DNA of 53,746 bases from positions 1-53,746 of the forward strand of contig CAYXOF010000001.1 of NCBI GenBank assembly GCA_964466905.1. Reading direction: 5' to 3'. This stretch comes from an uncultured Candidatus Saccharibacteria bacterium (GTDB taxonomy: Bacteria > Patescibacteriota > Minisyncoccia > Phycocordibacterales > UBA918). Shown one piece after another: positions 27,409 through 36,579 of the stretch (positions within the stretch are counted from its first letter, which is position 1; every line of letters begins with the position of its first letter). Made by a program: the position numbers and the translations under genes. The notes beneath the pieces are model-generated. The model had not been told where the DNA came from and ran no database searches. It saw only the letters and a list, made by a program, of their open reading frames with translations.

Positions 27409-28473
27409 TTATATACCCTCAGCTCGCAGTTGCTCAACGAGTTGTTGGACTTTCCGGGATAGTTTTTTGGGGGTTTCAATCGAAACCTTTACCATGAAAT
27501 CACCACGACCTCGATCGACTGGTACACCCTTATCTTTAATCCGGAGTAGTTCGCCGTGTGCGATGCCGGCGGGAACATTGATTTCTACCTCACCGTCTAG
27601 GGTTTCTACTCGGTATAGACCACCAAGTAGTGCGTCAGTAAGTTTAATAGGTAAGACGGTACTGAGTGTACTGCCCTCACGCTTAATGGTCTTGTGTGTT
27701 TCGACGTGAATTTTGATGTAGAGATCACCAGGTTCACCGTGTGGCATAGCCTCGCCCCGTCCGGTCATGCGGATCACCTCACCGTTTGAGATTCCCACCG
27801 GTACGGCGATGGTGATTTCTTCTTGGGAACGCATGACGCCAGCTCCGGCACAGTGTCCACAACGTTCTTTTGGAATCTGGCCAGTTCCATGACAGGCACT
27901 ACATTCACGTACGGTGGTAAAGCTCCCCATAATACTTTGACGGGTTTCGCGGATTTTTCCGTTGCCACTACATGTGGTACATGTCGTTGTGCCAGCACCT
28001 GGCTTGGCCCCTGTGCCACTACAGTGGGTACAGGTGTTGTTCTTGGTGATCAGTACCTTTCGGGTAACGCCGAAGATAGATTCTTTGAAGGTGAGATTAA
28101 TGTCAATTGAGACATCTCGCCCCCGGGCTGTTTGGCGGCCTCCGCCAAAGCCAAAGTTTTGGAAGATATCATTGAGATCAAACTCAAAGCCTTGTGCCCC
28201 AAATCCACCCGGTTGCTGACCAAAATCTCCCCAGTTGAAACCACCTCCGCCGTTACCTCCCCCACCAGAAAACGCATGCCCATATGCATCGTATTCAGCC
28301 TTTTTCTTTTCATCACCGAGCACGGCGTAGGCTTCAGTCACCTCCTTGTACTTCTCCTCATCACCGGTTTTTTTATCAGGGTGGTATTGTCCCGCGAGTT
28401 TTCGAAAGGCCTTCTTTACTTCATCTCGAGAGGCTCCCCGCTCTAAACCTAATATAGCGTAGTAATCTTTCAT
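27409..28473 (-). CDS. dnaJ: Molecular chaperone DnaJ
   Basis: J domain DYYAILGLERGASRDEVKKAFRKLAGQYHPDK, a G/F region, and four CxxCxGxG zinc-finger repeats. Confidence 0.95.
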   Translation of the reverse strand: MKDYYAILGLERGASRDEVKKAFRKLAGQYHPDKKTGDEEKYKEVTEAYAVLGDEKKKAEYDAYGHAFSGGGGNGGGGFNWGDFGQQPGGFGAQGFEFDLNDIFQNFGFGGGRQTARGRDVSIDINLTFKESIFGVTRKVLITKNNTCTHCSGTGAKPGAGTTTCTTCSGNGKIRETRQSIMGSFTTVRECSACHGTGQIPKERCGHCAGAGVMRSQEEITIAVPVGISNGEVIRMTGRGEAMPHGEPGDLYIKIHVETHKTIKREGSTLSTVLPIKLTDALLGGLYRVETLDGEVEINVPAGIAHGELLRIKDKGVPVDRGRGDFMVKVSIETPKKLSRKVQQLVEQLRAEGI

Positions 28474-28570
28474 ACCGATACCAAGCTTAGTTTCGTAATG
28501 TATTGATTATTGCACAAACTGTACTCAGGTGCAAAACCAACTGCGTTATACCAATGTTGTTCAGTGGTCA

Positions 28571-30466
28571 CTACTTTGCCTCGTCTTCTTTGACATCGGC
28601 GTCACGGACGGGAGCGTTATCGGTCGGCTCATCTGGTGTACCTGTCTTTTCAGTTGCCGCTTCTGCTGCTTTGCTCATGATGTCACCAATTTTTTGTAGG
28701 GCTGCAGATAGTGCTTCGGTGGCAGTTAGGATGGCCGCCTTGTCGTCCTTATCTTTCACCTCTTTGACTGCTGTAATTTTACCCTCAATCTCTGTTTTTA
28801 CGTCAGTCGGAATGTCCTTCTCATGATCTTTGAGAGATTTTTCAGCGGTGTAAATCAATTGCTCAGCGGTATTACGTACCTCGATCAGTTCCTTTTTCTT
28901 TGCATCCTCAGCGGCATGATCTTCGGCTTCCTTTTGCATACGATCAATCTCTTCTTTGCTGAGACCTGATGATGCTTCAATGCGGATGGACTGCTCCTTT
29001 CCGGTGGTCTTGTCCTTCGCAGTTACTTTCAGTACGCCGTTGCTATCGACATCGAAGGTGACTTCGATTTGTGGTACACCCCTGGGTGCTGGTGGGATAC
29101 CATCGAGATTAAACTCACCGAGAAGCTTATTATCGTTGAACATTGGACGCTCACCTTGCGATACCCGAATCATGGTTGATGTTTGGTTATCGCTGGCAGT
29201 TGAGAAGACTTGGGACTTTTTGGTGGGAATGTGGGTATTTTTTTCAATGAGTTTTGTTGCTACACCTCCCATAGTTTCGATGCTGAGTGAGAGTGGAATC
29301 ACGTCAACAAGCGTGATGTCATGCACATCTCCTTGGAAGATACCAGCTTGAATGGCAGCGCCGAGCGCGACGACTTCATCAGGGTTAACGCTCCGGTTCG
29401 GATCCTTACCAAAGAGTTTCTTTACTGCTTCCACAATCGCCGGCATACGCGTCTGCCCACCGACTAAAATAATTTCGTCAATGTCTCCGACTTTAAATGG
29501 TGACGCTTCAAGCGCGCGCTTCGTGATTTCAATTGAACGGTCAATGTGTTCTGCGGCGAGTTCCTCCAGTTTTGCACGGGTGAGTGTGATGAGGAGATTT
29601 TTTGGTACACCGTCCACGTTCGCTATGAATGGGATATTGATCTCAGTTGATGGAGAATTTGAGAGTTCTTTTTTAGCTTTCTCAGCTTCATCATCGAGGC
29701 GCTGGAGCGCGAGTGGGTCTTTTGAAATATCAATCCCCTCTTCTTTGCGAAACTCATCAATCAGGTACTTTACGATTTTTTGGTCGATGTCACGTCCACC
29801 CATGTGCGCGTCACCATCGGTTGCCTGTACCTCAACAACATCATCACCGACCTCAAGGACGGTGACATCAAAGGTCCCTCCACCAAAGTCGTACACAACA
29901 ATCTTTTCCTCTTTCTTCTTGTTGAAACCATAGGCTAACGCAGCAGCGGTTGGTTCATTAATGATACGCTTCACATCAAGACCAGCGATTTTACCAGCGT
30001 CTTGCGTCGCCTTGCGCTGTGAGTCATTGAAGTAGGCTGGAACTGTGATGACGGCTTCAGTGATTTTTTCTCCCAGTTTTGCTTCTGCGTCTGCCTTTAG
30101 CTTTGACAAGATCATCGCCGACACCTCTTCCGGACGGTATTCTTTCCCATCCATGATCACCACCGCTCCGCCATCAGTTCCTTTCTTAATCTCGTAGGGC
30201 ACGATTGCCTTATCTTTTTGGACCACGTCTTCGTCAAAGGTATGACCCATGAAGCGCTTGATTCCGTAGATTGTATTATGTGGATTGGTAACTGCTTGTC
30301 GTTTTGCGATTTGTCCAACCAACCGCTCACCCTTTTTAGAAATCGCAACAATTGAGGGGGTGGTACGATTACCTTCAGCATTTTCAATGATTTTCGGCTC
30401 TCCTGCTTCGATGACTGCGATTGCTGAGTTTGTGGTTCCAAGATCAATTCCTAGTATTTTTGCCAT
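28571..30466 (-). CDS. dnaK: Molecular chaperone DnaK (Hsp70)
   Basis: [19 protein letters not shown] and [11 protein letters not shown] signatures. 631 aa. Confidence 0.97.
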   Translation of the reverse strand: MAKILGIDLGTTNSAIAVIEAGEPKIIENAEGNRTTPSIVAISKKGERLVGQIAKRQAVTNPHNTIYGIKRFMGHTFDEDVVQKDKAIVPYEIKKGTDGGAVVIMDGKEYRPEEVSAMILSKLKADAEAKLGEKITEAVITVPAYFNDSQRKATQDAGKIAGLDVKRIINEPTAAALAYGFNKKKEEKIVVYDFGGGTFDVTVLEVGDDVVEVQATDGDAHMGGRDIDQKIVKYLIDEFRKEEGIDISKDPLALQRLDDEAEKAKKELSNSPSTEINIPFIANVDGVPKNLLITLTRAKLEELAAEHIDRSIEITKRALEASPFKVGDIDEIILVGGQTRMPAIVEAVKKLFGKDPNRSVNPDEVVALGAAIQAGIFQGDVHDITLVDVIPLSLSIETMGGVATKLIEKNTHIPTKKSQVFSTASDNQTSTMIRVSQGERPMFNDNKLLGEFNLDGIPPAPRGVPQIEVTFDVDSNGVLKVTAKDKTTGKEQSIRIEASSGLSKEEIDRMQKEAEDHAAEDAKKKELIEVRNTAEQLIYTAEKSLKDHEKDIPTDVKTEIEGKITAVKEVKDKDDKAAILTATEALSAALQKIGDIMSKAAEAATEKTGTPDEPTDNAPVRDADVKEDEAK

Positions 30467-30501
30467 AGTAATATAACTGAATTAGGTAACTAAATGTATG
30501 A

Positions 30502-31095
30502 CTATTCTTCGATACTGCCGATAATGACACGGGCTGGTCGGATGATTGTGCGCTGCCCACCTTTGACTCTCACATAACCTGGTTGCACGACAGAGACAAT
30601 AGTGTCTACCTGATCAGCCTCGACGGGAGTTTGTCCGACGGCTTCGTGTTCATTTGGATCAAAGGCTGCACCCATTGGACTGATCAGGGTGACATCGTAC
30701 TGCGTTAACACCTGTTGTAATTGGGTGTAGATCCCCTCAATCCCATTTTTCCAGGCCGGATCGGCCGTTTGCCAGGACGGCTGGCCGAGTGCCATGGTAA
30801 AGCTGTCGCAAACGGGGAGTAATACTTCTATGTGTCGCTCGAGTTGACGCTCGCGGTCACTAATTTGCTCTTCGGCCAACCGCTTTCGAGCATTTAAGAA
30901 GTCAGCCTGCACCCGACTGGATTCCTCACGGATTGCTCGCTTATCTTCTTCACACTGCTGTAACTTATGTCGTAACTGTTTAATTTTATCGGCGACTTTT
31001 TCTTCGGTGTCTTGTAATTCCATTGCTTCTTCATTTTCAGAATGCTCGTTGGTGATTTCGATATCTGAATCGTTTTCATTTTGTTTATTCACCAT
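30502..31095 (-). CDS. grpE: Nucleotide exchange factor GrpE
   Basis: Acidic N-terminus, a coiled coil, and a C-terminal beta domain ...FDPNEHEAV...GYVRVKGGQRTIIRPARV. Confidence 0.9.
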   Translation of the reverse strand: MVNKQNENDSDIEITNEHSENEEAMELQDTEEKVADKIKQLRHKLQQCEEDKRAIREESSRVQADFLNARKRLAEEQISDRERQLERHIEVLLPVCDSFTMALGQPSWQTADPAWKNGIEGIYTQLQQVLTQYDVTLISPMGAAFDPNEHEAVGQTPVEADQVDTIVSVVQPGYVRVKGGQRTIIRPARVIIGSIEE

Positions 31096-31103
31096 ACCTT
31101 TAC

Positions 31104-31132
31104 ATTATAAATCTGAAAGTGGTCTTTGTAAA
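31104..31132 (-). promoter_or_regulatory. Strong promoter TTTACA-17-TATAAT for grpE-dnaK-dnaJ; the -10 ends 8 nt before the grpE ATG
   Basis: Minus strand reads TTTACAaagaccactttcagattTATAATgtaaaggtATG. Confidence 0.6.
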
Positions 31133-31147
31133 GTTGAGCCTGATATG

Positions 31148-31181
31148 ACAAAAACAAACCACCCGCGTACGGCGGGTGGTT
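31148..31181 (-). terminator. Rho-independent terminator after rpsI
   Basis: Minus strand has AACCACCCGC-loop-GCGGGTGGTT followed by TGTTTTTGT. Confidence 0.75.
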
Positions 31182-31190
31182 GTGTGAATC

Positions 31191-31601
31191 TTATCGCTTA
31201 CTCCAGGCTGGTCGCTTACGAGCCTTAACGAGACCGAATTTCTTACGCTCTACCGAACGTGGGTCACGCTTTAGGTAGCCCTCGCGTTTGAGGGGGATGC
31301 GTCGATTGGCTTTCTCACGTACAAGGGCTCGAGCAATACCAAGCTTGATCGCATCAGCCTGAGCTGAAATACCTCCGCCAACGACATGAACGGTAATGGT
31401 GTAGTGTTCGATCCCCGCATCCTTAGTACCGAGGACTGACATGACTGCTTGCTGGAGTGAGGTGTGTGTAAAGTACTCAGTGAGGGGTCGATCATTGATA
31501 ATAACCGACGTCTCTGTAGCTGGAGTGAGTCGGACTCGAGCAGACGCAGTTTTGCGTCGACCAATCCCCTCTACATATACTGGTTTAGTGGTGGCAGCCA
31601 T
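31191..31601 (-). CDS. rpsI: 30S ribosomal protein S9
   Basis: ...GGGISAQADAIKLGIARAL... and C-terminal RKKFGLVKARKRPAWSKR. Confidence 0.93.
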   Translation of the reverse strand: MAATTKPVYVEGIGRRKTASARVRLTPATETSVIINDRPLTEYFTHTSLQQAVMSVLGTKDAGIEHYTITVHVVGGGISAQADAIKLGIARALVREKANRRIPLKREGYLKRDPRSVERKKFGLVKARKRPAWSKR

Positions 31602-31605
31602 ACAA

Positions 31606-31962
31606 TTATTCGGTAATTACTAATTGTGCTAAACGGACTTTCTTTAACTTGTTACTCGGAAGCATCCCGGCAACCGTGCGGCGGACCACTTCCGCATAAC
31701 CTCGTCTGGTTGCTAGGTGGCCGAGTGTCTCAGTTTTTCGTCCTCCTGGGAACCCAGTAAATCGTTGATAAATTTCACTCTGCTTTTTTTCTGGGATGTC
31801 AAGTTTGCTGACGTTAGTGATGGTCAACTGCATTGGTGCGGCAATGTGACGTGCAAATTCAGGACTGGTTTTGCCAATCAAAATTTTTGCCGCTTCAGTT
31901 GCAACAATACCGAGTCGCTTACCGGTGGCGTCAATGGTATGTTCGGTAGGGGTAGTATTCAT
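31606..31962 (-). CDS. rplM: 50S ribosomal protein L13 (short, 118 aa)
   Basis: IDATGKRLGIVATEAAKILIGK...FTGFPGG...MLPSNKL. The rplM-rpsI pairing is conserved. Confidence 0.88.
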   Translation of the reverse strand: MNTTPTEHTIDATGKRLGIVATEAAKILIGKTSPEFARHIAAPMQLTITNVSKLDIPEKKQSEIYQRFTGFPGGRKTETLGHLATRRGYAEVVRRTVAGMLPSNKLKKVRLAQLVITE

Positions 31963-31967
31963 ATTGA

Positions 31968-32324
31968 TTAGGCTACAAATGAAATGACGGCTTCTTCTCG
32001 TCCTGGACTAGTGGCGCCGAGCTTGATAATACGGGTGTACCCTCCATTTCGTTCTGCGAAGCGAGGAGCAATTTCGGAAAACAATTTCTTTTCGATAATA
32101 CTTGATGGTTCACCGAGTCGGGTGTTAACCAAACGTCGTGATTGGACAGTATTCTTCTTGGCGTAGGTTACTAAACGCTCAATGTGTGGCTGAAGTTCCT
32201 TCGCTTTCGCGAACGTTGTTTTGATTTGCTCATCTCGGATGAGTGACACAGCCAAACCACGAATTAAGGCCGTTCGTTGGCTGCGGGTGCGACTTAATGT
32301 GCGATTTTTGTTGGCGTGTCTCAT
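31968..32324 (-). CDS. rplQ: 50S ribosomal protein L17
   Basis: MRHANKNRTLSRTRSQRTALIRGLA...GGYTRIIKLG. Confidence 0.93.
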   Translation of the reverse strand: MRHANKNRTLSRTRSQRTALIRGLAVSLIRDEQIKTTFAKAKELQPHIERLVTYAKKNTVQSRRLVNTRLGEPSSIIEKKLFSEIAPRFAERNGGYTRIIKLGATSPGREEAVISFVA

Positions 32325-32342
32325 AGTAATATAATCAGCTGT

Positions 32343-33302
32343 CTATGCCTCAAGGGTGAGGTGCATCTTGGCGAGTAAATCTTCGATTTCTTGGAGGCCT
32401 TTTGGTCCAATACCGTCGAGGGCTAGAATATCATCTTTTCGCTTTCGCACAAGCCCCCCGACAGTTCTGATGCTGGCTTCTTCAAGAGCCTGCAGGGTTC
32501 GCGTGGTAAGGTCAAGTGTTTCAATTCGGGTTTTCAGTACTTCCTGGTCAGGCTGCGCTGGAGTTTCGTTGATTGCTGGCTCAACGATTGTGTCTGCTTT
32601 CGTCGGAGACTCTTGAAAGCCAATCACTGCTTTGAGTTGATGGACCATTATCTCGATTGACTTCTCAAGTGCTTCACGGGGCGTGTAGGTACCATCAGTT
32701 TCAAGTACGATACGGAGGCGGTTATAGTCAGTTCGGTCACCGACACGCATGTTCTCAACTTCGTAGTTGGCTCGTCTGATCGGAGTAAATACTGCATCAA
32801 GGGCAATCGTACCAATTTCAACCTTGTCTTTTTGGTGCACTTCACGTGGGACATAGCCAAGACCTCGCTCAACGAGTAGTTCAATGTTGAGCGCTGTGTT
32901 ATTGCTTGTGATCGTTGCAATGTGTTGGTCTGGGTTCAAGATATCTACCTGTGAGGGGGCGATGATATCAGCAGCAGTGACCGGACCGATACCGCCCTTT
33001 TTGAGTGAGATAGTGATCGGCTCGTCACCATGTAGTGCGAGACGAATCCGACGGATGTTAAGCAAGATGGTGATGATATCTTCTTTGACACCGTCGAGCA
33101 CTGAGAACTCATGCTCGACACCGTCGATCTTCACTTGGGTGACCGCTGCTCCTGGTAATGACGATAGGATAATGCGACGAAGTGAATTACCAAGGGTGTG
33201 ACCGTAACCAGGGTATAAACCATCGATTTCGAAGACACCTTTAAACTGATCCTCAGACACGACGCGAGGCTTTGACGGGAGAGTGACATTAGATTCCAAC
33301 AT
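32343..33302 (-). CDS. rpoA: DNA-directed RNA polymerase subunit alpha
   Basis: GYGHTLGNSLRRILLSS-type motif (GYGHTLGNSLRRIILSSLPGAAV). C-terminal domain LDLTTRTLQALEEASIRTVGGL. Confidence 0.95.
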   Translation of the reverse strand: MLESNVTLPSKPRVVSEDQFKGVFEIDGLYPGYGHTLGNSLRRIILSSLPGAAVTQVKIDGVEHEFSVLDGVKEDIITILLNIRRIRLALHGDEPITISLKKGGIGPVTAADIIAPSQVDILNPDQHIATITSNNTALNIELLVERGLGYVPREVHQKDKVEIGTIALDAVFTPIRRANYEVENMRVGDRTDYNRLRIVLETDGTYTPREALEKSIEIMVHQLKAVIGFQESPTKADTIVEPAINETPAQPDQEVLKTRIETLDLTTRTLQALEEASIRTVGGLVRKRKDDILALDGIGPKGLQEIEDLLAKMHLTLEA

Positions 33303-33333
33303 ACGTGCAAAAATTATTGGTTAAAGTCCAATT

Positions 33334-33942
33334 CTATCGACTATAGAATTCCATTACTTGCTCAGGGTCAAAGAGGGTTTCGGTCGGGTTGTAAATCGGT
33401 GCCTGAGTAACAGTCCCAGCGTGCTTCTTTGGATCAAAGGTTACCCACGCTGGTAAGCGAGCCGCGTCAAACGTATTACTAAGCTCAATGAATAATCCAG
33501 TTTGACGACTTCCTTCTCGAATAGTGATCTCATCACCCACCTTGACGCGATGTGATGGAATAGTCATTCGCTTACCGTTGACGCAAATGTGACCATGGGA
33601 AGCGATTTGTCGAGCTAGTCGACGGGTTTTAGCTAAGCCCATTCGGTAAATGACGTTATCAAGCCGTGACTCGAGCCGATCCATGAGGACGGCGACTGGT
33701 TGATGACCCGTCTTACTTACTGCCTCATCGACATAGCGACGAAGCTGCTTTTCTGTTATGCCATATGAGAAACGCATTTTTTGTTTCTCGGTCATTTGTT
33801 TCTTGTAGTCACTTGCCTGGCCAGCTCGCTTGACGCGGCGACCACCGCGTGCCAGTGATAATTCAAACTTTTGTGTTTGCGTTTTCTCGAAGATCGGGGC
33901 TCCAAGGCGCTTCGCAATTTTGTATTTCGGACCAATTTTCAT
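33334..33942 (-). CDS. rpsD: 30S ribosomal protein S4
   Basis: MKIGPKYKIAKRLG...SDYKKQMTEKQKMRFSYG and an S4 RNA-binding domain. I chose the start at 33942 to avoid overlapping rpsK. Confidence 0.9.
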   Translation of the reverse strand: MKIGPKYKIAKRLGAPIFEKTQTQKFELSLARGGRRVKRAGQASDYKKQMTEKQKMRFSYGITEKQLRRYVDEAVSKTGHQPVAVLMDRLESRLDNVIYRMGLAKTRRLARQIASHGHICVNGKRMTIPSHRVKVGDEITIREGSRQTGLFIELSNTFDAARLPAWVTFDPKKHAGTVTQAPIYNPTETLFDPEQVMEFYSR

Positions 33943-33952
33943 ATAGTAAAAA

Positions 33953-34384
33953 TTATACCCGTCGTGCCTTAGGAGCACGTGGACCATTAAATGGCACTGG
34001 TGTTTTATCGGTAATACGGGTGATCGTGATACCCTTACCAGAGAAAGCTCGAAGGGCAGATTCACGTCCAGTGCCTGCACCACGGATAATCACGTCAGCA
34101 TCTTTCATGCCCATTTGCTGTGCCTTTTCACCAATAATCTCTCCCACCTTCGCGGCAGCAAATGGAGTACTCTTTCGGGAACCTTTAAAACCAAGTGCGC
34201 CACTTGATGCACTCATGACTGCATTACCCTTGGTATCACACAGTGTGAGGAGCGTATTATTAAAGGTAGCAAGGATGTTGAGTGTACCAGCAGCGAGCCG
34301 ACGCTTCGGGATACGGTTGAGTGCCCGTGAGGTACCTGCCACATCTGAGCCACCGCTCTTTTTCATGATTCGTTTCTTACCCAT
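33953..34384 (-). CDS. rpsK: 30S ribosomal protein S11
   Basis: GTLNILATFNNTLLTLCDTKGN...GFKGSRKSTPFAA... Confidence 0.93.
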   Translation of the reverse strand: MGKKRIMKKSGGSDVAGTSRALNRIPKRRLAAGTLNILATFNNTLLTLCDTKGNAVMSASSGALGFKGSRKSTPFAAAKVGEIIGEKAQQMGMKDADVIIRGAGTGRESALRAFSGKGITITRITDKTPVPFNGPRAPKARRV

Positions 34385-34414
34385 ATGTCAATACGATTAT
34401 GATTCTATTAAATA

Positions 34415-34792
34415 CTAGGTTTTCTCTAGCTTACGGCGACCGCTACCCATCGTCTTCTTGGCACCCTTGAGAGTGCGTGCGTTGGTCTTTGAGCGTTGTC
34501 CTCGGGCTGGAAGACGTTTGGTATGTCGTGAACCCCGATATGACCCGATGTCTTTTAGTCGCTTAATATTCGATGAGATTTCGCGTTTGAGTTCTCCTTC
34601 GATTCTAAATGATTCGATTTTTTCACGAATGGCATTCTCTTGATCAGTCGTCAGATCTGTCGGCTTAGTAGTTGGGGGAATAGCGAGCTCTGTGAGTAAT
34701 GTCTTTGATCGAGACAAGCCTACACCGTACACAGCAGTGAGTGCGTATGCCAGTTGCTTGTCGTCAGGAATTGTAATACCGGAAATTCTCAT
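34415..34792 (-). CDS. rpsM: 30S ribosomal protein S13
   Basis: MRISGITIPDDKQLAYALTAVYGVGLSRS...GSYRGSRHTKRLPARGQRSKTNART. Confidence 0.93.
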   Translation of the reverse strand: MRISGITIPDDKQLAYALTAVYGVGLSRSKTLLTELAIPPTTKPTDLTTDQENAIREKIESFRIEGELKREISSNIKRLKDIGSYRGSRHTKRLPARGQRSKTNARTLKGAKKTMGSGRRKLEKT

Positions 34793-34797
34793 ATGTT

Positions 34798-34914
34798 TTA
34801 TCCTTGTCGCTGCTTATGTCGAGGCTTTTTTTTGTTAATAACGAATACCACTCCCCGACGCTTCACAATCTTGTCGTCAGGACTCATTTTTTTGACCGAT
34901 GAACGTACTTTCAT
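34798..34914 (-). CDS. rpmJ: 50S ribosomal protein L36, cysteine-free (C-minus) form; missing from the ORF track
   Basis: My hand translation gives [38 protein letters not shown]. Sits at the canonical infA-rpmJ-rpsM position. Confidence 0.85.
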   Translation of the reverse strand: MKVRSSVKKMSPDDKIVKRRGVVFVINKKKPRHKQRQG

Positions 34915-34919
34915 AATAA

Positions 34920-35144
34920 TTAATTTCGCTTAGTGATTCTCGCCTTTCCTCCATATGGATCAAGTATCATTCCTACTGTGTCACCGACGAGGACTCTGAT
35001 ACGAAATTTGCGCATCCGTCCTGAGAGGAACGCTAGGATAACCTCATCAGAATTCTTGAGGCGTACTCTAAAAAGCGCATTGGGAAGCGCCTCCTCTACG
35101 ACCCCGTATTCGAGTTCATCAATAACAACGTTTTCTTGATCCAT
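34920..35144 (-). CDS. infA: Translation initiation factor IF-1
   Basis: [44 protein letters not shown] (S1-like OB fold). ATG at 35144; the track start at 35156 is a TTG. Confidence 0.9.
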   Translation of the reverse strand: MDQENVVIDELEYGVVEEALPNALFRVRLKNSDEVILAFLSGRMRKFRIRVLVGDTVGMILDPYGGKARITKRN

Positions 35145-35156
35145 TAAACGATGCAA

Positions 35157-35185
35157 AGTCTAACAAATAAAAGTTGGTGCGTCAA
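35157..35185 (-). promoter_or_regulatory. Promoter TTGACG-17-TAGACT for the infA-rpmJ-rpsM-rpsK-rpsD-rpoA-rplQ operon
   Basis: Minus strand reads TTGACGcaccaacttttatttgtTAGACTttgcatcgtttaATG. Confidence 0.55.
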
Positions 35186-35236
35186 ATTATTTCTGCACAG
35201 TCAGTCACACTGACGATTAATCAGGCGCAGTTTGTA

Positions 35237-36550
35237 CTATATTGATGGGTCGTGCACCTCCTCGATGCGAATATTTTCGGGTTGGGCTGGGAAGGACTGT
35301 CGCCAGAACGGTGTAATGGTTACTTTCGCCGCCCGGATACCCGGGTACGCGGTAATGGCGTTGTTGAGAGCAGTTTTAGGGAGGGTTGCAAGATCCTTTG
35401 CGAGCTTCAGAGCGTCAAACTGCCACACTAAGAGCGGTTTACCAACGAGCGAGAACGTGAGAGATGGCTCGTTTGCTATCACACTCGCGCTGGTTGTACT
35501 ATTTGTGTACGAAAATGTTAGTACGGTCGGATCTTTCACACGGACATCTCCCCCATCGTAGGTCGCAATTGCCTCACTGGCGAGGAAGGTTCCAAACATC
35601 AGTTCTTCAAAAAGAGGTATCTGTAATATGGCCTGTTCCTTAAGGGTGACGAGGTCATTGCCATACGCAACTGTTGGCAACATAGTGTACGTCAGCGCCA
35701 CCGCTTCCATAAACGCAATGGTGCCAGCTGGGCGTTCAGTCTGAATGCGATTAAGCAACTGATCACGCAACTCAATTTGTAGTGCTTGCCGTGCTGTACT
35801 CAGCTCGGCATCATCTATCTGATACTGAGGGCCAGCAAAGCCACCAGTGAATGCTTCAGTGTTTTCTGCGTAGATAGATTCGTAGAGGGCTGTAAACCCA
35901 TTCTCTTGAAACCCAGGTACAGTGAAGCGGGTTTTGGCTGGCAGGTTATACGACTCGCCTGGCTCCGCCGCGGTTACGCTGGCTTGGATCGTTCCCGGGA
36001 CAGTGGCGCCACTGCCATCTTTGATGGCACCGGGGACCACCACTGCTTCACTTATACGGAAAATTTTGCCATCGGGTGACCGAAAGCGGGTATTGGCGAT
36101 CAATCGTTCGGCTCCAGGGGTGTTTTTAATGATGGTAATGGTACCGGTAGTGGTTTCTGTCACCTCAACCTGACCACTCGCTTTCACTTGTCGTTCACCG
36201 GTCGCTTCCAGAGTGAGAATCGTATAGCTAAGAGCATTTTCACGTGGTGTCGGGTAGGCAGTGAATTCAGCATTAATATTTGGTTCTTTAATTTGTGGGT
36301 AGACAGTGAGGACAGTTTTACCAGTAAATGCAGAAATAGTTACGGTCACAATAATAATGAGTGCAAAGGCTGCAATGATGTAAAACGGACGACGGCTTTG
36401 TCTCGAACGGCCATCTTCAATGACTATGTGTGGAATATCATCTGGGGCTGCCACGGTGGTCGGGCGTGATGCGTGTGGGGGGCGGGTAACAGGTCGAGGC
36501 TGACGCGGTGCTGCTGGTCTAATATCTTGCAGATTCCATTTTTGTGACAT
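35237..36550 (-). CDS. Bitopic membrane protein: Pro/Arg-rich cytoplasmic N-terminus, one TM helix, about 360-aa beta-rich exterior domain (possibly baseplate-J-like)
   Basis: RPAAPRQPRPVTRPPHASRP, then FYIIAAFALIIIVTVTISAF, then repeated patterns such as TGTITIIKNTPGAERLIANTRFRSPDGKIFRISEAVVVPG and VTAAEPGESYNLPA. The family resemblance is from memory only. Confidence 0.55.
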   Translation of the reverse strand: MSQKWNLQDIRPAAPRQPRPVTRPPHASRPTTVAAPDDIPHIVIEDGRSRQSRRPFYIIAAFALIIIVTVTISAFTGKTVLTVYPQIKEPNINAEFTAYPTPRENALSYTILTLEATGERQVKASGQVEVTETTTGTITIIKNTPGAERLIANTRFRSPDGKIFRISEAVVVPGAIKDGSGATVPGTIQASVTAAEPGESYNLPAKTRFTVPGFQENGFTALYESIYAENTEAFTGGFAGPQYQIDDAELSTARQALQIELRDQLLNRIQTERPAGTIAFMEAVALTYTMLPTVAYGNDLVTLKEQAILQIPLFEELMFGTFLASEAIATYDGGDVRVKDPTVLTFSYTNSTTSASVIANEPSLTFSLVGKPLLVWQFDALKLAKDLATLPKTALNNAITAYPGIRAAKVTITPFWRQSFPAQPENIRIEEVHDPSI

Positions 36551-36579
36551 ACGTTTACTTAGTATAACTCTTTTTGGGT

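Noticed and set aside
29352-29933. 193-aa plus-strand ORF, with neighbours at 28956-29351 and 28503-28826, lying opposite dnaK
   Set aside because: It lies entirely antisense to an unambiguous Hsp70 gene. The translation is low-complexity and Ser/Pro-rich, typical of a shadow ORF.
33943-34083. Upstream extension of the rpsD ORF (249 aa in the track)
   Set aside because: The extension overlaps the rpsK 3' end. The canonical S4 N-terminus (MKIGPKYK) starts at 33942, with TATAAT 9 nt upstream.
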